This document shows, piece after piece, positions 25,748 to 34,899 of a stretch of DNA of 44,697 bases. The stretch is from a virus (lineage: Duplodnaviria; Caudoviricetes): positions 1 to 44,697 of IMG/VR virus record IMGVR_UViG_3300038675_000499. One strand, given 5' to 3'. Made by a program: the position numbers and the translations under genes. How positions within the stretch are numbered: position 1 is the first letter of the stretch; the number at the start of each line of letters is the position of its first letter. The notes beneath the pieces were generated by a model. The model was not told the origin of the DNA. It worked only from the letters and a program-made list of their open reading frames with translations, and did not search any database.

Positions 25748-28700
25748 GAAACAAGATCACCCTCTGCGAAAACGCCTTCGACCCCACGACCTGGGAGACG
25801 TTCGATTGCGACGATGTCCGTCCGTTCCTCCAGGAGCATTTCGGGGAGTGGCCGCAGACGGCGCGGATCTATCTCAACCACGTCTGCCGGAGTGCCGAGG
25901 TCACCCCCTACGACGAGGCGACGGTCGAGCGCCTGGGACAGCTGCACGGGCACTTCTTCGTGGTGGTCTACCCCGCGGCATTCGCCACCTGGGTGCTGGT
26001 GATCGCCATCGCCCTCTCGGCGGCGTCCATCGCCATCTCCTACCTGCTGCGCCCCAGCCTCCCCGACGCCAACCAGAACGACCAGAGCGCCACCAACTCC
26101 CTGACGAACAGGCAGAACCGCGAGCGCCTGGGCGGGCGGATCCCGGACATTTACGGGGAGCTGTGGGTGACCCCGGACCTGATCGGCGTCCCCTACCGGG
26201 TGTTCATCGGCAACAAGGAGGTCGAGTACATGTACATGTGCATCGGCCGCGGGGAGTACGACATCTACCAGATCCGGGACGACGTCACCCCCCTCGAGTA
26301 CATCGACGGCGCCGGCGCGGAGGTCTATGGGCCGGACACCTCTCCCAATTCGGGCGACGCCCCCCAGTATGCCGTGGGGGAGCCGATCAACGAGCCGATC
26401 AAAAACGTCAAGCAGCATTCATCGATCAACGGCCAGGTGCTCGACGCCCCCAATGCCAGCAAAATCAAGGGCTCCAACAATATCAGGTTCGTGGGCGACG
26501 GGTCGGTCGAGTGCACCACCGATATCGATTTCACGGATTATTTCACGCCCAGCACGGTCACCAACCCGCGATATGTAGTGGTCTCCGGATCCAGCTACAA
26601 CGGCACCTACGAGATCCAGGACGTGGAGCAGCAGAAGATGACCCTGGTGGATCCCGCCACGGTCAACGCGGCGTGGTCCTCCCTGAGCGGCGCCACTGCC
26701 TATGGGAGCCCCACCCTGGTGCGCAGCAATCAGAACTGGAGCGGGATCTTCTCGGTCATCGACACGACCACAACCGAGCTCTGGTGCAACTTCGTCGCCC
26801 CCGGCGGGCTCTACAAAGTCGACTCCGAGGGCAACCAGCACGCCGTGACGGTGAGCGTCCAGGTGGAGGCGACCTCGATCGACAGCTCCTACAATCCCCA
26901 GGGGAGCCCGATCTATTACCAGACCACCCTGAAGGGCAGCGAGGTGCTGCGGTCCCAGGCGGGCGCGACGCTCAAACTCACGCTCCCCTTCGCCGGCGCC
27001 TGCCAGGTCCGGGCCCGCCGCCTGACCAGCACCGACCTGCGCGACGGCTGGCAGGTGGTGGATGAGGTGCAGTGGCGCGATCTCTATGTGGTCTCCCCTG
27101 TCTGGGATGACAATGTGCTTGCCGCTGATCGCCACTTCGGCAACGTCACCACCATCCAGACCGTGACCTGGCCGACCCCCCGCGCCCTATCCCTGAAGCA
27201 GCGGAAGATCAACGTGATGGTGGGGCGCATTCTCACGCTCAAGGACGAAACCGTTGTCGTCCCTGCCACCGCAGCCCCGTGGACGTTTGAGGGGGGGATC
27301 AACGCCGCATATCCGTTTGGATTCCCAGAGTTCGATGACCCGGTATCCTACGACGTCACTGTCCTGCAGGGGACGCAGATCACGATCGAGTATATCAGCG
27401 GGACCGTCAGCGTTTATCCCGGCTGGGATGGATATTATGATGCGAATGGAAACCCAGGGATCATCACGGCGGATACAACTCACTCGGGAAGGTACTTTCC
27501 CACCCACTACACGACAGACAAAACCCTGGGCTTGGGTGGGCTGATCGGGTGTTTTGCTGATACCTCCGGCAACGTAATTGAGCCGATATCGATCGGGAAC
27601 TACGGGCAGTTCACGGTCCCCGTCGGAGCCGTTCAGCTGCAACTCGGGATCAACGACAGCAATTTCTACGACTACGCTGGGGGAAACCCGAACGACGGCA
27701 GCTTCACTGTACGGATCACGCACGCGCAGAGCTCCCTGGGCGAGCATTCCAACGCCGCCGATATCCTCTGCGCCATGGCCCTCGATCCCTACATCGGCCG
27801 GATGCAGGAATCGGAGATCGACCGGACTGGCATCTATGCCGCCCTCGGCCTGGCTGGTGAGGTCGCAACCTACTTCGGCGCTGAATACTGCAACCAATTT
27901 GCCCACGCCTTCGACGACAAGAATTTGTCCTTCGAGGAGATGGTGGGCCAGCTGATGCAGGCGGTTTTCTGCACTGCCTTCCGTCGCGGGAACGTCCTCT
28001 CCGTGTCGTTCGAAAAACAGCGCTCGGACAGCATGCTGTTGTTCAACCATCGAAACAAGCTCCCGGGATCGGAAAACCGCACCGTGAGTTTCGGCGCCGT
28101 GACCCAGAACGACGGGATCGAGCTGAACTACGTCGAGCCCTACGCCCCCAATGCCCAGAACGTGGACAGCCAGTACACGCTCTATTTCCCCGAAGATCAG
28201 AGCGCGGTGGCGCCAAAAAAGATCAACGCGATCGGGGTGCGCAACCGCGTTCAGGCGTGGATGCTGGGCTGGCGGCTCTACCAGAAGCTCCTCTACCAGA
28301 ACGAGGTGACGCAGTTCGACGCCACGAGCGAGGCGGCGCTGTGCATCATCGGCGACCGCATCCTGGTGGCCGACAATACCAGGTCGGGCGTCCAGGACGG
28401 TGAGGTGTTGGCACAGAACGGCCTCGAGCTGACCCTGTCTCAGCCGGTGGATATCGGGGCCGAGCTCAGCCCGCCCCCGAGCTACAGCATTTTCCTGCAG
28501 CTCTATGACGGCTCCGTGGATAGCATTCCAATCTCGGCGGGATCGACAGATCGAAAGGTGATTCTATCGGAAGCGCCCACCCTCCCGCTGGTGCTGGACG
28601 AGGCGAAGTACGCCCGCACCACCTACATGATCGTGAGCGAGGATGAGGAGGACCGGGCGGCGTTCCTGGTGCAGGAAAAGGACGCCAAAAAGGGCGGGAT

Positions 28701-29532
28701 CTATGGGATCAAGGCGGTGAATTACGACGACCGCTACTACGCCCACGACCAGGACTATAATGCCTCCCCGCGCATCATCGACGTGATCGCACCGGGCGAG
28801 GGAGCCGGAGCCGGGTACGACCCAGGGGAGGGAACTGGCGCCGGGTACGACAAGCAGGCGTCCGTCGCCGTGAAGGTGGACGGCCGCTGCCGCCCATGGA
28901 TTGCCGCCGACAACCCGTCCTATGATTACGGCATCGCCAGCGGGCTTCCCCCGGTAGCGGTCCCGATCCAGGCGGCCGAGGGAGACTCGGTCTATATCAC
29001 TGCCAGTGCTCCCGGCCAGCCGTCTTTATTGGGCGTGCTATTAGGCACGTCGAACACGGTGAGCCGGAACGGCGATCCCGACAATGCCGTGGATGCTGAA
29101 GGGGAAGATGGATTTATCACCGCCCAGCAGACCAGCGAGGTGGACGGTTATGGACAGAAGCGATTCCCCACCTACTACGCCACCTCACCGGCTCTCGGAA
29201 GATCCGGACTCATCGGTGCCTGGGCGATCAAGGACTCCCCGTCTGCCGGAAAATATCAGGTGGTGCAGCCAATTGCGATCGGATTCGGCGGTGAGTTCAT
29301 CGTTCCTGCCGGAGGGGTGGACACGCTGCTGCTGGGGATCAACGACAACAAGCACAGCGACAACCTCGGTGCTTTCCAGGTGACCATAACCCAGACCGGT
29401 GCGGCGGCTGGTGATGCAGCGGCAGAGGATCCTGAGCCCGACACGACGACCGATAATCCCAATGAGACGACGATCACTATTCAAATTAATGGGCATGTTT
29501 TAACACCGGAATACTACTCTCACCCCGAGTGA
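25744..29532 (+). CDS. Tail tip/host-specificity protein (gpI+J-like) with two lectin-like domains
   Basis: 1262 aa; RLGGRIPDIYG...PDL, QVRARRLT, LFNHRNK, AVNYDDRYY; two GLIG...IG...LGIND...(D)N.G.F.V.I domains. Confidence 0.85.
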   Translation: MRNKITLCENAFDPTTWETFDCDDVRPFLQEHFGEWPQTARIYLNHVCRSAEVTPYDEATVERLGQLHGHFFVVVYPAAFATWVLVIAIALSAASIAISYLLRPSLPDANQNDQSATNSLTNRQNRERLGGRIPDIYGELWVTPDLIGVPYRVFIGNKEVEYMYMCIGRGEYDIYQIRDDVTPLEYIDGAGAEVYGPDTSPNSGDAPQYAVGEPINEPIKNVKQHSSINGQVLDAPNASKIKGSNNIRFVGDGSVECTTDIDFTDYFTPSTVTNPRYVVVSGSSYNGTYEIQDVEQQKMTLVDPATVNAAWSSLSGATAYGSPTLVRSNQNWSGIFSVIDTTTTELWCNFVAPGGLYKVDSEGNQHAVTVSVQVEATSIDSSYNPQGSPIYYQTTLKGSEVLRSQAGATLKLTLPFAGACQVRARRLTSTDLRDGWQVVDEVQWRDLYVVSPVWDDNVLAADRHFGNVTTIQTVTWPTPRALSLKQRKINVMVGRILTLKDETVVVPATAAPWTFEGGINAAYPFGFPEFDDPVSYDVTVLQGTQITIEYISGTVSVYPGWDGYYDANGNPGIITADTTHSGRYFPTHYTTDKTLGLGGLIGCFADTSGNVIEPISIGNYGQFTVPVGAVQLQLGINDSNFYDYAGGNPNDGSFTVRITHAQSSLGEHSNAADILCAMALDPYIGRMQESEIDRTGIYAALGLAGEVATYFGAEYCNQFAHAFDDKNLSFEEMVGQLMQAVFCTAFRRGNVLSVSFEKQRSDSMLLFNHRNKLPGSENRTVSFGAVTQNDGIELNYVEPYAPNAQNVDSQYTLYFPEDQSAVAPKKINAIGVRNRVQAWMLGWRLYQKLLYQNEVTQFDATSEAALCIIGDRILVADNTRSGVQDGEVLAQNGLELTLSQPVDIGAELSPPPSYSIFLQLYDGSVDSIPISAGSTDRKVILSEAPTLPLVLDEAKYARTTYMIVSEDEEDRAAFLVQEKDAKKGGIYGIKAVNYDDRYYAHDQDYNASPRIIDVIAPGEGAGAGYDPGEGTGAGYDKQASVAVKVDGRCRPWIAADNPSYDYGIASGLPPVAVPIQAAEGDSVYITASAPGQPSLLGVLLGTSNTVSRNGDPDNAVDAEGEDGFITAQQTSEVDGYGQKRFPTYYATSPALGRSGLIGAWAIKDSPSAGKYQVVQPIAIGFGGEFIVPAGGVDTLLLGINDNKHSDNLGAFQVTITQTGAAAGDAAAEDPEPDTTTDNPNETTITIQINGHVLTPEYYSHPE

Positions 29533-29535
29533 CCT

Positions 29536-30006
29536 ATGGCAGGACAGACCATCATCATCGGTAACTGGAACGACACCACGCCCGCGGCCCCAGTCGGCCA
29601 CGACAACGTGAAGTTTCAGAAGGACGCGGCGACTCCGCCGAACATCTCCGCCTATATCCCCAAGGCTCAATCGGTAGCGGTGTTCCTCCTCGGCCTGGGA
29701 GCGGCGATCTCGGCCGGCAACAACGTCGCCCCGGTTTACCGGGTCAAAAAAGCGGGGACAATTTCCAAGTTTGCCGCGATCGCCAAAGCGGCCCTGGACG
29801 AAGATGCCGTATTCATGATTGTCCGGGTGCGGTCGGGATCATCGGTCAATATTCTGACCGCGAACCTCACCATATCCGCCAGCTCGACGGCGTGGGCCGA
29901 AACGACGGCCTTCGATAATGCCGACCTGGCGGTCGGCGACGAACTCAGGGTGAACGTCGTCTCCGGGTACCCGGAAAATGTCACCCTGGAGCTCTACTGG
30001 AACTGA
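29536..30006 (+). CDS. Putative tail fibre adaptor/structural protein
   Basis: Beta-rich; lies between the tail tip gene and the fibre gene. Confidence 0.55.
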   Translation: MAGQTIIIGNWNDTTPAAPVGHDNVKFQKDAATPPNISAYIPKAQSVAVFLLGLGAAISAGNNVAPVYRVKKAGTISKFAAIAKAALDEDAVFMIVRVRSGSSVNILTANLTISASSTAWAETTAFDNADLAVGDELRVNVVSGYPENVTLELYWN

Positions 30007-30007
30007 T

Positions 30008-31237
30008 ATGAGCGCGCATAGATATTGGAGGTTGTGGCTTTTTACTCGGGCGTCCGGAGCCGGTATTTCTGTTGCCGAGCTGGAGCTGAGGGAATCTATT
30101 GGAGGAGCCGATGCCACCGGGAGTGGGACGGCGTCGGCATCGTCAACGTATTCTGGCACTCTAGCCAGCTATGCCTTTGACAATAACAATTCGACTTGCT
30201 GGTCCAGTGGCAGTGGAGCATCCCAAAGGGTGAATGCATGGTTAAAATATGATTTCGGCGCTGGGAACGAAAAGGACATCGTCGAGTTTGCGGTTACGGC
30301 CATCTCCGTCAATGCCAACCAGCCGACGAATTTCGCTCTTCAATTTTCGGACGACGACTCCACATGGACTACGACAATCCTCATCCTCGATCAGACCGGA
30401 TGGGGACTGAGCGAACAACGGGTTTTCAACGCATCGGACCACCTCCAACTCGTGGCAGTACAGCAAGCGCGCTACTGGCGCATCAGGTGTATGCCTGGAT
30501 GGAATCAGGGCGAAGATTACGTTGGATGGAGCGAGACTCACCTCCGGGAATCTATCGGCGGCGCTGATGCAACCGGTAGCGGGACAGCTTCCGCTAGTGG
30601 GGAGGCGAGCGGAAACGTTGCGGACAACGCATTCGATGGCAATACGGCGACCCAATGGATGGATGCGCTCAGGACAAATAATTATCTTCAATATGACTTC
30701 GGCGCGGGCGTCACTAAAAGTATCATAGAATTTGTTGTCCAGAATCGAAGCGACACTGCTGGATATGGGCCAACTCTTTTTATCCTGCAATTTTCCACCG
30801 ATGGCGCAACCTGGCAGAGCGTATATTGCAGCGACATCCAATCAGCATGGAGCCTTGGCGAATCCCGTGTTTTTCAGCTCACCTATTATTTTCCCGAAAC
30901 CCTGACAGTATCGCGCGATTGCACGACCGAATTCCCTGAGGGAATGAACGGTGAAGCCTATGAATTCAGCTGGGACTATCCATTTAGTGGCGTCTCGCTC
31001 TCGATTACATCCGGAAGCCTGCCTCCGGGACTAGCCCTGGAAAATGTCTCAGGGTCAACGTACCGGATTTACGGGATCCCCACCACGGCAGGCGATTACA
31101 CATTCACGATCAGGGCTACCCTGATTCAGGAGGAGACATCGCCTCCTCAGGACCCCATATACACCGACAGGGAATTCTCCCTCACAATAGGCGGCGAGGG
31201 TGGATCGTCAACCGTTGGCATCTGCGTGGCGTACTGA
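30008..31237 (+). CDS. Receptor-binding/tail fibre protein: two discoidin (F5/8C)-like repeats plus a C-terminal Ig-like domain
   Basis: Repeated RYWR...LRESIGGADATGSGTASAS...AFD...W...L.YDFGAG; C-terminal SGSLPPGLAL...IYGIPTTAGDYTFTIRA. Confidence 0.75.
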   Translation: MSAHRYWRLWLFTRASGAGISVAELELRESIGGADATGSGTASASSTYSGTLASYAFDNNNSTCWSSGSGASQRVNAWLKYDFGAGNEKDIVEFAVTAISVNANQPTNFALQFSDDDSTWTTTILILDQTGWGLSEQRVFNASDHLQLVAVQQARYWRIRCMPGWNQGEDYVGWSETHLRESIGGADATGSGTASASGEASGNVADNAFDGNTATQWMDALRTNNYLQYDFGAGVTKSIIEFVVQNRSDTAGYGPTLFILQFSTDGATWQSVYCSDIQSAWSLGESRVFQLTYYFPETLTVSRDCTTEFPEGMNGEAYEFSWDYPFSGVSLSITSGSLPPGLALENVSGSTYRIYGIPTTAGDYTFTIRATLIQEETSPPQDPIYTDREFSLTIGGEGGSSTVGICVAY

Positions 31238-31265
31238 GTTCCGATTGCCCATCACTCTCAACCCG

Positions 31266-31291
31266 GGCCCGCGTGCGGGCCTTTTGTTTTT
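31266..31291 (+). terminator. Intrinsic terminator-like hairpin before the lysis genes
   Basis: ggcccg-cgtg-cgggcc followed by ttttgttttt. Confidence 0.6.
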
Positions 31292-31306
31292 CTGGAGACG
31301 CCGCCG

Positions 31307-31579
31307 ATGAACATGACCTTGCAGGACGTTGGAATCCTCTTTGCCGTTGTGGCCTCTCTCCTTGGATGGGCGTATCAAATCGGCTACTCCAGCGCCAGAC
31401 AGAAGCGGACAGAGGACGATGTCGCCGAGTTGAAGGCCAAGCATGAGCAGAGCCGCCGGGATCGCGCTGACGAGATCCGGGACCTGCAAAAGTCCATCAG
31501 TGAGGGGCTGAGATTGATCTACGAAAAGCTCGACAAGCTCCCATGTAAGAACCCCGGATGGGAATCAAAGGACTGCTGA
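31307..31579 (+). CDS. Holin/antiholin-like protein (one TM plus coiled coil)
   Basis: N-terminal TM, charged coiled coil; directly upstream of the endolysin. Confidence 0.55.
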   Translation: MNMTLQDVGILFAVVASLLGWAYQIGYSSARQKRTEDDVAELKAKHEQSRRDRADEIRDLQKSISEGLRLIYEKLDKLPCKNPGWESKDC

Positions 31580-31580
31580 A

Positions 31581-31997
31581 ATGAAACCTACCAGAATCAT
31601 CATCCACCACAGCCTGACCAAGGACGGCTCCACTGTGAGCTGGGACGCCATCCGCTGGTATCACGTCCATTCGAAAGGCTGGAACGACATCGGGTACCAC
31701 CTGGGCGTGGAGCTGATCGGTGGGCGCTACGAGGTGCTGCTGGGGCGGATGCTCGACCAGATCGGCGCCCATACCTACGGCCAGAACGCCGACTCGATCG
31801 GGATCTGCTGCGTCGGCAACTTCGACCTAGCCCCTCCCCCGCCGGCGCAGCTGGACCTGCTGGTGCGTCTCACCAGGTCGCTGTGCGGTCTGCTCGAGAT
31901 CCCGCCGGCGCGGCTGTTCCGCCATGCCGACTTCGCCCCCAAAACCTGCCCGGGGGCCCTGTTCCCCTGGGCGGAATTCACTCGGAGGATTTCATGA
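31581..31997 (+). CDS. Endolysin, N-acetylmuramoyl-L-alanine amidase (Amidase_2, T7 lysozyme-like)
   Basis: IIIHHS, GWNDIGYH, GAHTYGQN..SIGIC, RH...KTCPG. Confidence 0.93.
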   Translation: MKPTRIIIHHSLTKDGSTVSWDAIRWYHVHSKGWNDIGYHLGVELIGGRYEVLLGRMLDQIGAHTYGQNADSIGICCVGNFDLAPPPPAQLDLLVRLTRSLCGLLEIPPARLFRHADFAPKTCPGALFPWAEFTRRIS

Positions 31998-32311
31998 GTT
32001 ATATCCTGCAGCAGTTCTGTCTCCACTTTTTCAGCGGCCCGTTTTTCATCGGCTGCGTCTTCTACGCCCTGCGCTACTGGATGCGCCGGAACCCGAAGGT
32101 GGTCAAATGGATCTCTCCGGATCCGATCCATCTGCTGGTGTTCTCCGCCGCCCTGGCCGCCCTGCTGATCTCACAGCGGGAAGCCTATGACCTCTACCTC
32201 GGCCGGCAGACGCTGGCCAAAACCATCACCGACCAGATCTCCTGGTTCGCCATGTCGGCCGTCGGCACCTGGTTGATCTACCGCTTCGGCTGCCAGGAGC
32301 GGAACCGATGA
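31994..32311 (+). CDS. Multi-TM membrane protein (holin candidate)
   Basis: Three hydrophobic segments; ggagg RBS; within the lysis cassette. Confidence 0.55.
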   Translation: MSYILQQFCLHFFSGPFFIGCVFYALRYWMRRNPKVVKWISPDPIHLLVFSAALAALLISQREAYDLYLGRQTLAKTITDQISWFAMSAVGTWLIYRFGCQERNR

Positions 32312-32670
32312 CGCCCGAGCGGATCCAGTGGTGCTGGTACCTGGCCGGCGCCCTGGCCACCCTGCTCTGGAAGTGGCAGCGGTACTGCTACGAGAGCCGG
32401 GGCCGCGGGACCCCCTACTGGCGGGCCAGCCGGGAGTGGTTCGAGCTCGAGACGGTGGGCAGCCAGGTCAGCTGGGGCGCCACCGTCGGCGGGGTCTGGC
32501 TCCTGGGGACCGTCGTCATCACCAAAAAGGGGGCGGAGTGGCTGGCCGGCGGGGTGTTCCTGGACGTCCCGGTCATGGCCCCGATGTCGTTTTTCATCGG
32601 CGGTCTGGCCGAGATGATCGTCCCCGCGGCCGCGAAGTGGATCGTGGCCCGATTCGGAGGAGCAAATTGA
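32308..32670 (+). CDS. Multi-TM membrane protein (holin candidate)
   Basis: Three hydrophobic segments; ATGA coupling. Confidence 0.55.
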   Translation: MTPERIQWCWYLAGALATLLWKWQRYCYESRGRGTPYWRASREWFELETVGSQVSWGATVGGVWLLGTVVITKKGAEWLAGGVFLDVPVMAPMSFFIGGLAEMIVPAAAKWIVARFGGAN

Positions 32671-33095
32671 TCGCATGGATACTCTCGATGTGGGCGCAGC
32701 CGTGGTTTCGGCGGGTGGTATTTTATGCCGCCGCTATCCTGGGCATCTGCTGGTGTCTCCGCTGGTGGGGCAATTCGCAGTGGCTCAAAGGCGAGCAGCA
32801 GGGGCGGCAGGCGATGGCGCGGGAAATCGAGCGGGCGAAGCAGGCCGAGTGGGAGGACAGGGAGCGCGCCCTCGCCGCCGCCGGCGCCGGCATCGCCACT
32901 GAAAAACGCTCCCTGGCGGCCGCCACGGAGCAGATCGCCCATGACAGGGCCGCCCTGTCCCGGTCCCTCAACGACGCCCTGGAGCGCATCCGGGCGGAAA
33001 GGCTGAGCCATTATGCGGATGCTGCTGTGGTTCCTGATTCTGCTATCTGGCGCGATATCCGGGTGGTCTCAGGACAACTCGCCGCTCACCCCTGA
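32667..33095 (+). CDS. Inner-membrane spanin-like (Rz-like) protein
   Basis: Probable TTG start after ggagga; N-terminal TM followed by an Ala-rich coiled coil. Confidence 0.6.
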   Translation: MIAWILSMWAQPWFRRVVFYAAAILGICWCLRWWGNSQWLKGEQQGRQAMAREIERAKQAEWEDRERALAAAGAGIATEKRSLAAATEQIAHDRAALSRSLNDALERIRAERLSHYADAAVVPDSAIWRDIRVVSGQLAAHP

Positions 33096-33390
33096 CGAAG
33101 GGCGCCAGGTCCTCGGGCAGCTGCTCGAGCTGGGGTCCTGCCGCGCCGAGACCCGGGAGCTGACCGGCTACGTCGAGCGGGACCGTGATCAGGACGCCCG
33201 GGAGAAGACCACCTGGGAGCGGGCCCTCGAGCTCGAGCGCCGCGCCACCGGCCTGGCGGAGCAGGAGCGGGATCTCGCCCGGGAGCGGGCATCCCTTTAC
33301 GAGGACCTCTACCGCGGGGTCACCCGGGGGCCCGGCATCGGCTGCCGGATCCTGCGGGTGCTGACGCTGGGGATCCACAGGTGCCGATAG
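33013..33390 (+). CDS. Secreted coiled-coil protein in the Rz1 (o-spanin) position
   Basis: Signal peptide; overlaps the 3' end of the Rz-like gene; no lipobox Cys. Confidence 0.5.
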   Translation: MRMLLWFLILLSGAISGWSQDNSPLTPDEGRQVLGQLLELGSCRAETRELTGYVERDRDQDAREKTTWERALELERRATGLAEQERDLARERASLYEDLYRGVTRGPGIGCRILRVLTLGIHRCR

Positions 33391-33508
33391 CCGACTGGCC
33401 AAAAAGCCGGTTTATGGCCAGCCAATAGAATCAACGGGTTACGGCTATTTCAATGGTTACCCTGGGGATCCACAGGTGCCGGTGATCACCTGCTATATCA
33501 CCTGCTAT
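33367..33508. repeat. 20-bp direct repeat plus 12-bp tandem repeat
   Basis: ctggggatccacaggtgccg at 33367-33386 and 33462-33481; atcacctgctat twice at 33485-33508. Confidence 0.85.
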
Positions 33509-33519
33509 GAGGTGGGGCC

Positions 33520-33843
33520 ATGGGCGTGCACATCGACTGGCTCCTGATCCAGGAGGTCCGGGCAGGGGAGATCACCCACCGGTCCCGGATCGGAGTGGTG
33601 CGGTTCGGGAACGATTTCCGTGAGTGGCTCGATCCCTACAGCGCCGTCTGCTCGGTGGTGGTCGTCGGCTCCCGGGCCTATTTCACCGCGGCCGTGCACG
33701 AGGACGGGCGGGACGCATTCCTCCGGACCCTCCTCTCCGCCCGCCACGCCCTCCGGGAAATCCTCCAGCCCCTGGGGGTGACCGTGGCCGAGTGGGAGCG
33801 CATGAAGGGGGGGCAGCTCCTCCCCCGCCGGTTCCGGGTATGA
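33520..33843 (+). CDS. Hypothetical protein
   Basis: gaggtg RBS; coupled to the sigma-factor gene. Confidence 0.55.
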   Translation: MGVHIDWLLIQEVRAGEITHRSRIGVVRFGNDFREWLDPYSAVCSVVVVGSRAYFTAAVHEDGRDAFLRTLLSARHALREILQPLGVTVAEWERMKGGQLLPRRFRV

Positions 33844-34388
33844 GCGCGCCTCCCCCGGAGGTCGCTCGGAGCGTCGAGTTCCACGCCCGCCGCGCCGCGG
33901 CCGCCTCCGGTCGCTACCAGGACCTGGATGACCACCGCCAGGACGGGTGGCTCGGCTACTGCCAGGCGGCCCAGCGGTTCGACGGCGACGCCGGCGCCCA
34001 GATCAACACCTTCGCCGCCGGCCGGATCCGCGGCCAGATCGTGGACGGGATCCGGGAGCGCACGTTTTTCGGCCCCTCCGCCAGCCGGAGCCGCCGCCCC
34101 CTGGTCAAGATCAGCCTCGACGACCCCCGCACCCCCCACCTTTTGCCCTGCTCCCCTTCCGATCCCGAGGATGACGCCGCTCGGGCCGAGACCGCCGCGG
34201 CCGTCCGCCGGGCCCTCGAGGCCCTCCCCGAGCAGCAGGCCCAGGTCCTCCGGATGCACTATTTCGAGGAGCTGCCCCTCACAGAGGTCGCCCGCCGGCT
34301 GGGGATGAGCCACAGTAACGCCAGCCGGCTCCACGTCCTGGCGCTCCGGGCGCTCCGCCGCAGGTGGACCTCATGCGCACCGGGGTAG
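33840..34388 (+). CDS. Sigma-70 family RNA polymerase sigma factor (FliA/WhiG-like regions 2 and 4)
   Basis: DDHRQDGWLGYCQAAQRFD...FAAGRIRGQIVDGIR; LEALPEQQAQVLRMHYFEELPLTEVARRLGMSHSNASRLH. Confidence 0.88.
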   Translation: MSAPPPEVARSVEFHARRAAAASGRYQDLDDHRQDGWLGYCQAAQRFDGDAGAQINTFAAGRIRGQIVDGIRERTFFGPSASRSRRPLVKISLDDPRTPHLLPCSPSDPEDDAARAETAAAVRRALEALPEQQAQVLRMHYFEELPLTEVARRLGMSHSNASRLHVLALRALRRRWTSCAPG

Positions 34389-34594
34389 CCCGCTGCCTGT
34401 CCTCGCCCATCCACCCAGACTGGATCTGCCGGGACTGCGGCCACCCCTACCGGGAGCACCGGGGGGACGTAGGATGCACCCATCTGATGGAGACGATCGG
34501 CGGGCCCGCCATCTGCAGCTGCCGCTGCTTCGCCCTCCCGCGGGTCTACCTCGAATCCCAGGGAATGTGGCCGCCGGCGGGGGTGTCTGGCTAG
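34364..34594 (+). CDS. Small Cys/His-rich hypothetical protein
   Basis: CRDCGHPYREH...C...CSCRCF. Confidence 0.5.
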   Translation: MDLMRTGVARCLSSPIHPDWICRDCGHPYREHRGDVGCTHLMETIGGPAICSCRCFALPRVYLESQGMWPPAGVSG

Positions 34595-34791
34595 TGGATG
34601 ACCCGCTTGCTCTCCAACCAGGAATCCAGATCGGAAACAGAGTAGCGGACTGAGCGCCCAATCTTCAGGTAGTTTGGGCCGCTGTGCCGTACCCTCTGGA
34701 TCCGCAACCACGGCCGAGACATGGCAATATAATGCGATGCTTCTTCCTCGTTTAAGATTTTTTTGGGTTGTTTGGAATTCTCGCAAGCCAT
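34591..34791 (-). CDS. AlpA/MerR-like HTH protein
   Basis: LNEEEASHYIAMS...GPNYLKIGRSVRYSVSDLDSWL. Confidence 0.8.
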   Translation of the reverse strand: MACENSKQPKKILNEEEASHYIAMSRPWLRIQRVRHSGPNYLKIGRSVRYSVSDLDSWLESKRVIH

Positions 34792-34899
34792 AGTCCAAGT
34801 GCTCCTTTCGCACCGCAGTATATGGATGTGGCTTTTGAGCGTCAGTCCCCAGGAAAAGATTTTATTTCTTGGGGAGTAATCCCTTCGGGTGGTGATGGA

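Noticed and set aside
25744-31237. Diversity-generating retroelement or invertible tail cassette
   Set aside because: No reverse transcriptase, serine invertase or near-identical TR/VR pair seen; the repeats are diverged domain duplications.
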